Shown here: positions 47,998 through 57,386 of the stretch, in pieces
Layout: each line of letters opens with the position of its first letter
Position numbering within the stretch: the stretch's first letter is position 1
Assembly (NCBI GenBank): GCA_963798885.1
Contig: CAWCUX010000009.1
Span: 33,477 to 97,476, forward strand
DNA length: 64,000 bases
Direction of reading: 5' to 3'
Source of the DNA: an uncultured Actinomycetota bacterium
GTDB taxonomy: Bacteria > Actinomycetota > Actinomycetes > Propionibacteriales > Propionibacteriaceae
The notes under the pieces: generated by a model
Told to the model about the DNA's origin: nothing
The model's database searches: none
The model's input: the letters and a program-made list of their open reading frames with translations, nothing else
Program-made: the position numbers and the translations under genes

Positions 47998-48195
47998 CGA
48001 CGTTTCCTCTCACGCGGTGCGGGGGCATCTGCGGAGGACGGGTCGGTCAGTCCGACGATTCGGATGAAGACATGAGTCGGACCACCGAGGAGAGCCTGCA
48101 TCGGTGCAGGGGGCCGACCTCCCACAATCAAGGTACGCCTTACCTAAAACACCCGGCTCGGAACCCGCACGTCCGACGCAGATCGAACCCGGTGG

Positions 48196-49854
48196 TCACA
48201 CCACCTTCGGCCGGCGCTCGACGATCACGACGCTCGACGCCGCGCCGACGACGCACAGCCCCGCCAGCACCGCCGCGTTCATCGCCGGGAGCCAGTCGAG
48301 ATAGGGGTGACCGAACAGCGTGAAGAAACTCAACCGGTTGACCCAGTCGGGCCAGTCCAGCATCTCGACGAGGAATCCGACGAGGTAGGAGGCGCCGAGC
48401 ACCACTCCGAACGCGGTGACCGCGACCGACCCCCGGAACACCGCGACGATGACGGTCGCCATCCCGGCGAGGCCGAGGCCCAGCAGGGCGCAGGCCGCCT
48501 CCACCCGGACGAGCCCGGTGGCGTCCATGGGCACGTCGGACCACGCGCCGCCGAGCAGGACCCCGGCCAGCGCGCCCAGGCCGACGACCGCGGACGCCAC
48601 GACGGAGGCCGCCAGCCGCGCCCCGACCAGGCGGGCGGTCGACACCGGGTGCGCAAGCACCGTCTCGACCCGTCCCTGCGCGAGGTCACGCACCCACCCC
48701 GACGCCTGCGAGACGACCACGCCGGCCACGAACGGCACCGCGAGGGCGGTGGACACGTCGACGTACTGGGCCGTGGGGCTGGTGGACGGGCCGACACCGC
48801 CCGGCATGAAGTCGGCGAACCACGACCACATCTCCATCACCGACGGCTCCAGGAACAACATGAGCCACCCGAAGACGAAGGCCCCGCCCGCCCATCCGAG
48901 CACCCCGTAGCGGCCACGGAGCACCAGGGCCGCGGCGACCGAGTGCAACAGGCCCCGCACCGTCGGACCCGGAAGCGCCCGGCGAGCGTACACGTGACGC
49001 CGCGTCACCAGGCCCGATGCGTAGTCGCGCCGGAGGAACGCCCAGATGGCCGCGCCCACCAGCGCCACGGCGACGATCGCCAGGACCGCCGACCCGGCAA
49101 GGTCGATCCCGTGACCGGGCACGAGCGTGCGCGACAGGTTGATGTAGTGGAACGGGGAGATGAACCTCAGCCAGGCGAACCACCCCAGGTCGACCCAGAT
49201 GTTCTCGACGACGTAGAGCGTCACCAGCAGCGCCGAAGCCAGCCCCGAAGCGGAGCGCGCCGACCCGGTGAGCTGGGCCAGCAGGATCCCCAGACCGTAG
49301 CCGACGAGGATGCCGAGCCCGGGCCCGACGAACGCGGCCACCGCATGGTTGAGGTCGGGTTCGCCGACGGCGGTCAGTCCGATCGCCACGCCGAGCCCGA
49401 GCCCGAGAGAGATGAACGTGACCGTGACGAGGAAGCCGACACCCCGGTCCCGGACGACCGAGACCCGCGAGCGTCCGGTCGCGAGGATCTCCTCGAGCGC
49501 GTGCCGGTCCTCGGCGCCCCGGATCGCGCGGGCCCCCTGGATGGCGCCGTAGATCGTGAGGAACAAGGTGATCAGGGTGAGGTTGTGGTAGGTGAAGTAT
49601 CCGCCGAGCGTGTCGAGTCGCTCGGCGGGCCAGCGGAGGGGACGCATCGCCTCGGCGGCGGGCGTGACGCTGGCGGCCAACGCCTGCGGGCCGCCCTCGA
49701 ATGAGTCCATCTCGTTCTTGAGGCTCATGATCGTGACGCCATTGGCGATGCCACCGCCGACGACCCAGACGGTGGCCGTCACCCACTGGGAGCGCAGGGT
49801 GTCGAGGATCAGCGCCGCACGGCCGCGAGGGTCACGGCGTCCGCTCGAACTCAC
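48196..49854 (-). CDS. ABC-2-type exporter permease (large, about 12 TM).
   Basis: This is the downstream part of ORF 48196-50259. Candidate GTG 49854 (VSSSGRRDPRGRAALILDTLRSQWVTATVWVVGG...) overlaps the ATPase gene end by 23 nt. Hydrophobic throughout. Confidence 0.7.
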   Translation of the reverse strand: MSSSGRRDPRGRAALILDTLRSQWVTATVWVVGGGIANGVTIMSLKNEMDSFEGGPQALAASVTPAAEAMRPLRWPAERLDTLGGYFTYHNLTLITLFLTIYGAIQGARAIRGAEDRHALEEILATGRSRVSVVRDRGVGFLVTVTFISLGLGLGVAIGLTAVGEPDLNHAVAAFVGPGLGILVGYGLGILLAQLTGSARSASGLASALLVTLYVVENIWVDLGWFAWLRFISPFHYINLSRTLVPGHGIDLAGSAVLAIVAVALVGAAIWAFLRRDYASGLVTRRHVYARRALPGPTVRGLLHSVAAALVLRGRYGVLGWAGGAFVFGWLMLFLEPSVMEMWSWFADFMPGGVGPSTSPTAQYVDVSTALAVPFVAGVVVSQASGWVRDLAQGRVETVLAHPVSTARLVGARLAASVVASAVVGLGALAGVLLGGAWSDVPMDATGLVRVEAACALLGLGLAGMATVIVAVFRGSVAVTAFGVVLGASYLVGFLVEMLDWPDWVNRLSFFTLFGHPYLDWLPAMNAAVLAGLCVVGAASSVVIVERRPKVV

Positions 49855-50764
49855 GGAGGAACACCTCCTCCAGCGACAGCTCGCGACTGTCGAGCTCGAT
49901 GACCGACAACGGCACGAGCCGGTCGAGCAGCGGACCCACCGGGCCACGGACGGTGCATTCCACCCGGGCGCCGTCGATGGAGATCTCGGACAGGCCGGGA
50001 ACGGTGGCGAGGTCGTCGGGGCGGACCGCCTCGCCGAGCACCACCTGCAGCCGGTGGCTGCGCACCTCGCGGAGTTCGTCGAGCGACCCGGCGCGGACGA
50101 GGTGCCCGGCGCGCACGAGGCCCATGCGATGGCAGCCGGCCTCCACCTCGGCGAGCACGTGCGACGACAGCAGCACGGTGGCCCCGCGGCCGGAGGCCTC
50201 ATTGATGAGCCGCCAGAACTCGCGCTGGATGAGCGGGTCGAGACCCAGGGTCGGTTCATCGAGGATCAGCACGTCGGGGTCGTGCATGAACGCCTGCACC
50301 AACCCGACCTTCTGCTTGTTGCCGTGCGACAGGTCGGCGTACTTGCGGCCCAGGTCGAGTTCGAGGCGTCCGGCCAGGTCACGGATGCGGTGGGGATCGA
50401 TCCCGCCGCGCAGGCCGGCGAGGAACGACACGACGTACCCCGCCCGGACGCCGGGATACTCGGGCAACTCCCCTGGTAGGTAGCCGACGTGCCGCCTGAG
50501 CTCGAGGCTGTCGCGGCGACAGTCGAGCCCGAGGATGGACGCCGAACCCCGGGTGGGCCGGATCAGGCCCATGAGCAGGCGGATGAGCGTGGTCTTCCCG
50601 GCTCCGTTGGGGCCGATGAACCCGAAGATCTCGCCGCGCAGCACGTCGAGGTCGAGGCCGAACAGGCCGTGGCCCTCGCCGTAATCCTTGGTCAGGCCGT
50701 GACAGGCGATGGCGGTGTCGGTGGGGGCGTGCCGGTGGCCGGTATGGACGGGGTCGGACATCAC
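49832..50764 (-). CDS. ABC transporter ATP-binding protein (ABC-2 / DrrA-like).
   Basis: Intact 310 aa. GPNGAGKTT, LSHGNKQKVGL, LILDEPTLGLD. Confidence 0.9.
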   Translation of the reverse strand: MMSDPVHTGHRHAPTDTAIACHGLTKDYGEGHGLFGLDLDVLRGEIFGFIGPNGAGKTTLIRLLMGLIRPTRGSASILGLDCRRDSLELRRHVGYLPGELPEYPGVRAGYVVSFLAGLRGGIDPHRIRDLAGRLELDLGRKYADLSHGNKQKVGLVQAFMHDPDVLILDEPTLGLDPLIQREFWRLINEASGRGATVLLSSHVLAEVEAGCHRMGLVRAGHLVRAGSLDELREVRSHRLQVVLGEAVRPDDLATVPGLSEISIDGARVECTVRGPVGPLLDRLVPLSVIELDSRELSLEEVFLREFERTP

Positions 50765-50993
50765 TCACCTCGCTGGTTGTGATCGACACCCTCAGGATCG
50801 CCCACCAAGGGTCCGACCGGGCCGCTCCTCGGCACCCGGGAGGGATCCCGCGTCACCCTCGTGCGACCGGGCCCCGGCACCACTCGCCGACCCATCGGCC
50901 ACGCGAGCCCCCCTTCACGGATTCCCGGGGGCGGGATAGCCTGCGAGGTGTTTGCGCCGATCGCGCGCCGATTCAGGGGGGAATACGGTCGCC

Positions 50994-52418
50994 ATGGTGG
51001 ATGTCCGGGATCCGGTGAACGCCCGACGTCGTTCGGTGCGCCGGCGGGCGGCCGGGATCGCGGTCGCCGTCGTCGCCGTCGCCGCGGCCGTCGGCGTCCC
51101 GCTCGCACTGGCCGGGGATCGTGGCTCAAGCCCGCACGGGTCCGCCACCCCGGCGACGACGGTCTCTCCCCCGGCCACCACGCACACGTCGGCACCGGAG
51201 CCCAGCCCGTCGCCGGCAACCCCGTCGGCGAGCACACCGACCCCATCGGCGGGCGGCGAGGCGGCGTCCACCATGCTCCCGCTGTTCCTCTCGCCCCAGG
51301 TGGGCGTCGTCGCCGACGTCCCGCACTCCGGCTGCTCGACGGTGTACCGCACCACCGATTTCGTCCACTGGCGCGCCATCACCCCACCCAATCCCACGCT
51401 CCGGGGCGAGCCGTGCCCCGACCTCTGGACCGACGCGTCGTTCGTGTCCCCCGACGAGGGGTGGATCCTGGGCCGCGACGGCGGTGGCTCCGACACCGTG
51501 CTCTACCGCACCCTCGACGGGGGGAGCAGTTGGACCAGGGAGCCCGGCGGGAGCACCGGCAGCAACGGCGGCTGGGAGACGATCGGGTTCGCCGATGCCC
51601 GCTTCGGGTGGCGCCAGCAGTTCGCCGGTGGCTCCAGCAGGCCCTACACCCTGGAACTGACCCACGACGGCGGCACCACGTGGAGCGTGGCCCCGGCGAT
51701 CGGCACCCACGGCGGTGACCAGAACCTGCCCGTCGTGTTCGCGACGCCGAGCATCGCCTTCGCCGGGGACCCGCTCACCTATTCGAACCCCTCCGGCCCG
51801 GGCTACGGCCCGCAATCCGCGGTGTGGCGGACCACCGACGGGGGCAACCACTGGGCCCGCGCCACCGTCACCGCGCCGTCCACCCTCGCGAAGGCCACCG
51901 CCTTCTACGGCCTGCCGCACTTCTTCGGCGATCTCGGCGTGCTCCCCGTCACCTACACCACCGCACACGGCACCTGGGTCGCCTTCTACCGCAGCACCGA
52001 CTCCGGCATCACCTGGACCCTCGGGACCCTGCTGGCCACCCGCAGCGACCTCCTGCCGGTGTCTTACGGGGGCACGGCGCCGACGCACGTCATGGGCGCC
52101 TTCCCAGTCGTCACGGTGGCCTCCCGGTCGACCTTCTGGGTCATCGGCACCTCGACGAGCGGCGTCCGCACCGTCTCGGTGACCCATGACGCCGGCGGCA
52201 CCTGGGCCTCGACCACCGTGACGGGGATCCCCCCGTACCAGCCCTCGACCGACGAGTACGCGTCCCAGCAGGGGTTCGTGTCACTGCTCGAGGCGGCCGG
52301 CCCGACCCGGGCCTGGATCGAGGTGACGGAGGGATCCGACCCCAGCTCCCAGACCGCGGTCCTGCTCGCCACCCGCGACGGCGGAAAGACCTGGGCACCC
52401 GTGCGTCCGTCCCGCTGA
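50994..52418 (+). CDS. Secreted/anchored beta-propeller protein with Asp-box (BNR) repeats, Ycf48/sialidase-like fold.
   Basis: Within ORF 50952-52418. N-terminal TM/signal AAGIAVAVVAVAAAVGVPLALA. Six SxDxGxTW-type boxes: TLDGGSSW, THDGGTTW, TTDGGNHW, STDSGITW, THDAGGTW, TRDGGKTW. Confidence 0.75.
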   Translation: MVDVRDPVNARRRSVRRRAAGIAVAVVAVAAAVGVPLALAGDRGSSPHGSATPATTVSPPATTHTSAPEPSPSPATPSASTPTPSAGGEAASTMLPLFLSPQVGVVADVPHSGCSTVYRTTDFVHWRAITPPNPTLRGEPCPDLWTDASFVSPDEGWILGRDGGGSDTVLYRTLDGGSSWTREPGGSTGSNGGWETIGFADARFGWRQQFAGGSSRPYTLELTHDGGTTWSVAPAIGTHGGDQNLPVVFATPSIAFAGDPLTYSNPSGPGYGPQSAVWRTTDGGNHWARATVTAPSTLAKATAFYGLPHFFGDLGVLPVTYTTAHGTWVAFYRSTDSGITWTLGTLLATRSDLLPVSYGGTAPTHVMGAFPVVTVASRSTFWVIGTSTSGVRTVSVTHDAGGTWASTTVTGIPPYQPSTDEYASQQGFVSLLEAAGPTRAWIEVTEGSDPSSQTAVLLATRDGGKTWAPVRPSR

Positions 52419-52524
52419 CCCTCCGACCGGCGGGACGAAACGATCCGCCGCGAGGCGACGGCGTCCGAGCCGGGCCGGCGTGTGGGTGCCGCACCGAGAG
52501 CCGGCCGCGGGATCGGGCGAGCGG

Positions 52525-53331
52525 TCACGCCTCGTCGAGCTCCACGCCCGCGGGGGCCTGCACGTCGCGTCGGCTGACACTCAGGTAGCCGACGAACCCC
52601 GCGATCAGCAGGCCGAGGACCAGGGCGACCGGACCGTCGCCGTATCCCAACCCACCCACGGCCACCGGCTTGCCCAACCAGTCCGCCACCGATGCCCCCA
52701 GGGGGCGGGTGACGACGTAGGCGAACCAGAACGAGAACACCGGGTTCCACCGGTATCGCGAATACCCCACGAGCGGCACGGCGATGAGCGCGGCGAACAG
52801 GATCACGGAGACGAGGAACCCGAGGTGGGCGGTGTAGGCGGTGAAGTCGCCGAGCGCGGTGCCCATGGCGAACGTGGCCGCGACGGCCGCCCAGTAGAAC
52901 AACTCCCGCCGCACGCTGTCGACCCGGTGAATCGACAGGGTCCCCTCGACACGACGCCAGAGGACGAAGACCGCAGCCAACGCCAGCGCGTACAGCGCCG
53001 ACGAGACCGTGTACGGGACGCCGAACCCGACGTGCAGCACGTCGGCGGCCATCGTCCCGAAGATGCCGACCATGACGACGGCCAGCCAATAGGCCCACGC
53101 GACGTAGCGGCCCTGGCGGAGCTGCACGACCAGGGCCGCGCAGAAGCCGACGAACCCGAGGAGCACGGCGAGGACGGGCGACATGGCATGCACGAGGTAA
53201 TCGGAGGTCACCTCCCCCATCGCCGTGGACAGGGCCTTGATCACCCAGAACATCAGCGTGATCCGGGGGACCCGGAGCGCTCCGCGCCTGCTCGGGGCGA
53301 CCTCGCGCGTGTCGACCATGCCGTGAGTCAT
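52525..53331 (-). CDS. Integral membrane protein (COG4705-like, uncharacterised).
   Basis: ATG 53331 within ORF 52525-53475. ...RITLMFWVIKALSTAMGEVTSDYLVH... followed by about 7 TM segments. Confidence 0.6.
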   Translation of the reverse strand: MTHGMVDTREVAPSRRGALRVPRITLMFWVIKALSTAMGEVTSDYLVHAMSPVLAVLLGFVGFCAALVVQLRQGRYVAWAYWLAVVMVGIFGTMAADVLHVGFGVPYTVSSALYALALAAVFVLWRRVEGTLSIHRVDSVRRELFYWAAVAATFAMGTALGDFTAYTAHLGFLVSVILFAALIAVPLVGYSRYRWNPVFSFWFAYVVTRPLGASVADWLGKPVAVGGLGYGDGPVALVLGLLIAGFVGYLSVSRRDVQAPAGVELDEA

Positions 53332-53427
53332 CCGGACCTCCTCACCTCGACGGCCCGCCCCATGCTGGTCGCCGATGCTGAAACCGGACTGAGCGGGCGT
53401 CCCCGCCACATCCGCGAAACTGGCCTG

Positions 53428-53583
53428 ACCCGCCACACCCCCCACCCAGGCGCCGACGTATGGCAGGTGGTGCACGTAACGCCGGGGACGAGCCGACCCG
53501 GGCGCTGAACACCCCCGAAATCGACCTCACCCGCCACACCCCCCACCCAGACGCCGACGTATGGCAGGTGGTGCACGTAACGC
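53428..53583. repeat. Tandem direct repeat, a 55-nt core present twice (54/55 identical) with a 101-nt period, upstream of the membrane-protein gene.
   Basis: ACCCGCCACACCCCCCACCCAG[G/A]CGCCGACGTATGGCAGGTGGTGCACGTAACGC at 53428-53482 and 53529-53583. Weaker similarity extends about 15 nt to the left of each copy. Confidence 0.9.
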
Positions 53584-53758
53584 AGGCAGCGAACGTCGCG
53601 GCCAGCAGGTCAGCGGGGCCTGGAGCGGTCTCACTCCGCCCGGCCGACGCGTCGACCGCAATCCGGCCGGCCCGGGTCGTGAGCACCGCACCCGGCGCGC
53701 CGGTGCGGGGCCGGTGTGCCCATCGACGCTGCGGTGAGCGCCGGCACCGGCCGGACGA

Positions 53759-54622
53759 CTACTCGGACGGGTCCGACCCTTGGGCGGGCACGCCGGCACG
53801 GCCCGGCGTCCCCTCGGCCAGCGCGTCCGCGGTCTCGACGAGTTCCCTGAGACGGCGGACGAAGCGGGCGGCCGGTGCGCCGTCGACCAGGTCGTGGTTG
53901 ACGATCACGGTGACCGCGAGATGGCGCCGGTTCTCGTGGACACCGTCACGGCAGGACATCCGCTCGCTGATCCCACCGAGAGCGAATGAGACCGCCACCG
54001 GCCCAGCGGCGAACGGGATGACGAAGCCGCCCGAGCCGGCGAACCTCGTGACCGACGTCACCAACGTGGTGCCCGACCACCGCTTGACCCGCCGCGCCGA
54101 GCGTGTCGCCGCCCGCAGCACCCCGATCCGGACGAACCGCGGCGTGCGCGAGAGCCACCGCACACCACGCTCGAGCCGCCGATCCTCCACGGACGCGCCA
54201 CGGCCCAGCGCATAGCGCCGCCGGGCGTCCGCAACCTCGGCGTAGACCGCCTCGGGGTCCTTGTCCTGCGCACGGCGAACGGTGATCTGGTGAGGGAAGA
54301 CACCACCCGGCGTGGTGATCTCGACCGCGAGGTTCACATCGACGTCGTCGAACCGGTACACGGACCGGCCGGTACGGACGCTGTTCAGCGCCGGATGCTC
54401 GGCCAGCGCCCGCCCGATGCACGACACCACGAAGCTCACCAGGCTGAGGTGACGACCCGCCGAGCGCAGGGCGTCGATCCGTTCCAGCGGCGCCGTGACG
54501 TCGAACTCCACCAGTCCGACCGTCCGGTGCCCGGGGGTCACGGCGTCCAGCCCGTCGATCGTCATCAACTGCCGCAGCGGGATGCGGCGCACCTCGAAGG
54601 CGCCGACGAGGTCGTCAACCAC
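53759..54622 (-). CDS. 2-oxoacid dehydrogenase E2-type acyltransferase catalytic domain protein (stand-alone, no lipoyl domain).
   Basis: Intact 287 aa. The catalytic-type motif ...VTVIVNHDLVDGAPAARF... (DHxxxDG-like) lies near the C-terminus. Confidence 0.6.
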   Translation of the reverse strand: MVDDLVGAFEVRRIPLRQLMTIDGLDAVTPGHRTVGLVEFDVTAPLERIDALRSAGRHLSLVSFVVSCIGRALAEHPALNSVRTGRSVYRFDDVDVNLAVEITTPGGVFPHQITVRRAQDKDPEAVYAEVADARRRYALGRGASVEDRRLERGVRWLSRTPRFVRIGVLRAATRSARRVKRWSGTTLVTSVTRFAGSGGFVIPFAAGPVAVSFALGGISERMSCRDGVHENRRHLAVTVIVNHDLVDGAPAARFVRRLRELVETADALAEGTPGRAGVPAQGSDPSE

Positions 54623-54899
54623 GGCGCCACTGTACGGGTCCCTCGGTCAACGCCCTCGAGGTTCGACACCACCCCGCGTCAGGCGGCGCTCTGGGCGGGA
54701 TCACCGGCCCCGAAGTAGGTCGCGTTCAGCTCGATGGCATACCCGGCGACCACGACGGTGGCGAAGCTGACGGCGAGCGCCGACGCGGACGCGACGGGCA
54801 GGGACAGTTCCCGCCAGCTGCGCAGGTCCTGACGCCGCCCGATCGCGGTGACCGTCAGGGCGACGATCGCGCCGAGCATCACGGTGAGAGCGGTGAGGA

Positions 54900-55218
54900 T
54901 GTCGCCTCCGGCGACACCGTTGGCCCCGCCGGCGGGACCGGAACAGCGTGGGGCTGCCCACGACGTGAACGCCGTCGCGGGGTGGGCGACCAGGACCCCA
55001 CCGGCGATCCACCGGTGGACGTGATGGAATCCCTGCAGAAGACCTGGCAGGGCAGCATGGCGGCTAACCCGACGAACCCGATGAGCGACCCGTGCAGTCC
55101 GGTCGCCGGCGGAGGCCTTCGCGGCCAGCGCGTTCCAGCATTGGCTGTTGGGGTTGATCTGGCTTGCGAGGCCGCACCAGTACGAGTCGGGCTTCCACCA
55201 GACCCTGAAACGCTGGTC
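54900..55218 (+). pseudogene. IS481-like (rve integrase-core) transposase gene, upstream fragment, degenerate and cut off by the IS3 insertion. Left limit not determined.
   Basis: The plus-strand frame ends ...RPHQYESGFHQTLKRW exactly at the IS3 left end. The same reading resumes after the IS3 right end. Confidence 0.45.
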
Positions 55219-56484
55219 TGGAGTGTTCCGAAAAAGTGGAGGCGATGATTTAGGCCGCGAGTTCGTGGATGTTTCGATATCCTAGCTCGTTTCGTCTGGC
55301 GTCAAATAGCCTAGTGTCGAGTGCCTGCGGGTACGGTTGTAGTACATCTCGATCACTGAACGTGGCCTTCTTCACCGATTTCAGGTCCGGCCACGGTCGG
55401 GTGTGGATCAGTTCCTTCTTATAGCTGGCAAAGAAACTCTCCGCGACCGCATTGTCGTAACAGATCCCAGTCCTACCCAGCGAACGACGGACCTTGTTCT
55501 TCCTGCAGAATTTCGCGAACTCGTGTGACGTGTATTGGGTTCCCCGGTCCGAGTGGAAGATAACTCTGCCTGTCGGGCGACGGCTCTTGAGTGCCATTGT
55601 CAGGGCGTCGGTGATCAGGGTGGTGTGCATGTGGTCGTCGACCGCCCAGCCGACCACCCGCCGCGAGTGCAGGTCGATCACGGTGGCCAGGTACACCCAC
55701 CCGTCCCAACTCTTGATGTAGGTGATGTCGCCGCACCACCGCTGATCACGCCGAGCGGCGGTGAAGTCGCGGCCGATCAGGTCCGGAGCCGGCACCGGCC
55801 GCCACCACGGATGGTGGTCTTCTTCCACGCCCGGGGGTGGCGTCCCTGCAGGCCGGCGGCCTTCATCAGCCGCCACACCCGCTTGCGAGACACCCGATGC
55901 CCCAGGCTGACCAGCTCGGCGTGCATCCGCCGTACCCCCGGGTTGCCCTTCAACCGGTCGTACAGCATCCCGATCAGCCCCAGCAGGGCCTGATCGGACC
56001 GGTCATGGGCCGACAGCGGCCGGGCCCGCCACGCGTAGTAGCCCGACACCGACACGCCCAGTTGGGTGCACATGAACTCGACCGGGTATTGCTTGGCTTC
56101 GGCCCAGTCCGCGATCGCAGCGAAGATCACTGCTGGCTTTCGCGAACCAGGCCGCTACTTTTTTCGCGAACTCCGCCTCCATCTTCAACCGACGGTTCTC
56201 CGCGCGCAGCCGTTCCAGTTCGGCCCGCTCATCCTCATTCAACACGCGCGGAGGTTCGCCGCGTTCGTCTCGTGCTTTCTTCACCCATTTCCCCAGTGTC
56301 ATCTCGTGGACGCCGATACTGCGCGCCACATCCGCGATCGTCCGCCCGTCATTCACCACGAATTCTACCGCCGCCGCTTTATACCCGGCGTGAAACTCCT
56401 CCGAGTCGATCCCATCGTCGGTTCCTCCCATGATCAGGAACCCGCGGAATACGCCCCACCCTCCACCAAACCGGGAACGGTCCA
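55219..56484 (-). mobile_element. IS3-family insertion sequence (1266 bp), inserted into an IS481-like transposase gene.
   Basis: TG...CA termini. Imperfect terminal IRs: TGGAGTGTTCCGAAAAAGTGGAGG (55219-55242) versus the reverse complement of CCTCCACCAAACCGGGAACGGTCCA (56460-56484). orfA and orfB are on the minus strand. Confidence 0.85.
55282..56431 (-). pseudogene. IS3-family transposase OrfA/OrfB, with extra frame breaks in orfB.
   Basis: orfA from ATG 56431 has an HTH (...GRTIADVARSIGVHEMTLGKWVKKAR...) and a leucine zipper ending ...EAEFAKKVAAWFAKASS. An A6G run lies at 56159-56165. orfB gives ...YPVEFMCTQLGVSVSGYYAW..., ...WCGDITYI...VIDLHSRRVVGW...HSDRGTQYTS...CYDNAVAESFF.... The canonical end VIEMYYNRTRRHSTLGYLTPDETS* is in yet another frame. 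Breaks lie near 55800 and 55350. Confidence 0.8.
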
Positions 56485-56958
56485 CTCACCGCCCAACCAC
56501 CGGCAGCCACCCTGGCCGACCTCCAGACCCAACTCGACACCTTCGCCCAGATCTACAACCACACCCGCCCCCACCGGGCCCTGAACGGAGCCACACCCGC
56601 CAACGCCTACGCCACAACTCCCAAGGCAGCGCCCTCACCCGGCCGGGCCAACCGCAGTACCGCGTCCGCAACGACCACGTCGACACCGCCGGCCACACCA
56701 GCCTCCGCCTCGCCGGACGCATGCACCACCTCGGCGTCGGCCGCGCCTACGCCGGCACCCCCGCACTGATCCTCACCGACCCGACCACCGTCACCGTGAT
56801 CAACACCACCACCGGACAGGTCCCGTCCGAAAGACGACATCGACGACCGGAACCGCGACCTGACCGGCGCGAACAAATGACGAAGCCAAGGCCAATGGCC
56901 GAGGCTACTGCGTGGACGACATCAGGCGACTGCGACATGTCGCGAATCATCACAAGGG
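56485..56958 (+). pseudogene. IS481-like transposase gene, downstream fragment, plus the element's right end (copy 1).
   Basis: Immediately after the IS3 end: LTAQPPAATLADLQTQLDTFAQIYNHTRPHRALNGATPANAY..., then (after a frame shift) ...YRVRNDHVDTAGHTSLRLAGRMHHLGVGRAYAGTPALILTDPTTVTVINTTTGQV.... 56519-56846 matches 60753-61080, judged from identical overlapping minus-strand ORF translations in both copies. Confidence 0.7.
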
Positions 56959-56996
56959 TGGGCACAACTGGAGCCAACTATCGAACGAGAAGCTCG

Positions 56997-57386
56997 ATGA
57001 AGTGCACAGCCCTTGAGCGACTCTCGAAGGCCCTTCCGGATCCTGCCAAGGCCGCGACTACGCCGGCGAGAAGATGGTGCCCGCGACGGTTGACGCCGAC
57101 TCACACCTGCCGGAACAAGGCCCGGATGCTCAAGGAGTACCAGGACGGTGTGGGGACCATGCAACTCGCCAAGCTGTACGGCATCGACAGGGAGACGGTG
57201 AGGGCCACGCTCCGGAGAGCAGGACTCCCCCAGCACGAACGTGGCCTGAGCGCGGAGCAGATCGAACCAAGACGGTCCAGCTGTATGCCGCCGGCGAGTC
57301 CCTCGACACGCATCGGGAAGCGGTTCAACGTCGACGCCCACACCGTGAGGAGACGGCTACTCGAGCGCCAAGTGGCCATGCGCTGA
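56997..57386 (+). pseudogene. Helix-turn-helix protein (two resolvase/sigma-70-region-4-like HTH repeats), frame-broken. Start uncertain.
   Basis: ...MLKEYQDGVGTMQLAKLYGIDRETVRATLRRAGL... (ORF 56430-57386), ...VQLYAAGESLD... (ORF 57074-57532), and ...IGKRFNVDAHTVRRRLLERQVAMR*. Confidence 0.35.

Noticed and set aside
48196-50259. The 687-aa ORF taken as a single large permease.
   Set aside because: The upstream roughly 135 codons overlap the ABC ATPase gene (49832-50764) in another frame and are Arg/Ser/Pro-rich. The permease most likely starts at about GTG 49854.
53413-53584. The tandem 55-nt repeat as a CRISPR array or a known tandem riboswitch (glycine, or guanidine-II/mini-ykkC).
   Set aside because: There are only two copies, no cas genes, and the spacer is shorter than the repeat. 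I see no ACGR tetraloops (guanidine-II) and no glycine-riboswitch core motifs. It is kept as an unexplained repeat instead.
54679-54882. The 67-aa hydrophobic ORF, and the open minus-strand frame above it, as a membrane-protein gene truncated by IS3.
   Set aside because: The plus strand of the same region reads into the transposase motif FHQTLKRW at the IS3 junction. The region is therefore better explained as a degenerate IS481-like transposase gene, with the minus-strand ORF as its antisense shadow.
56159-56165. The A6G run in IS3 as a simple programmed -1 frameshift site that would explain the orfA/orfB arrangement.
   Set aside because: The motif is in the expected place. However, as sequenced, the frames do not connect by one -1 slip, because a stop follows in the -1 frame. 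orfB also has two further breaks (near 55800 and 55350). Programmed frameshifting alone cannot account for the structure.
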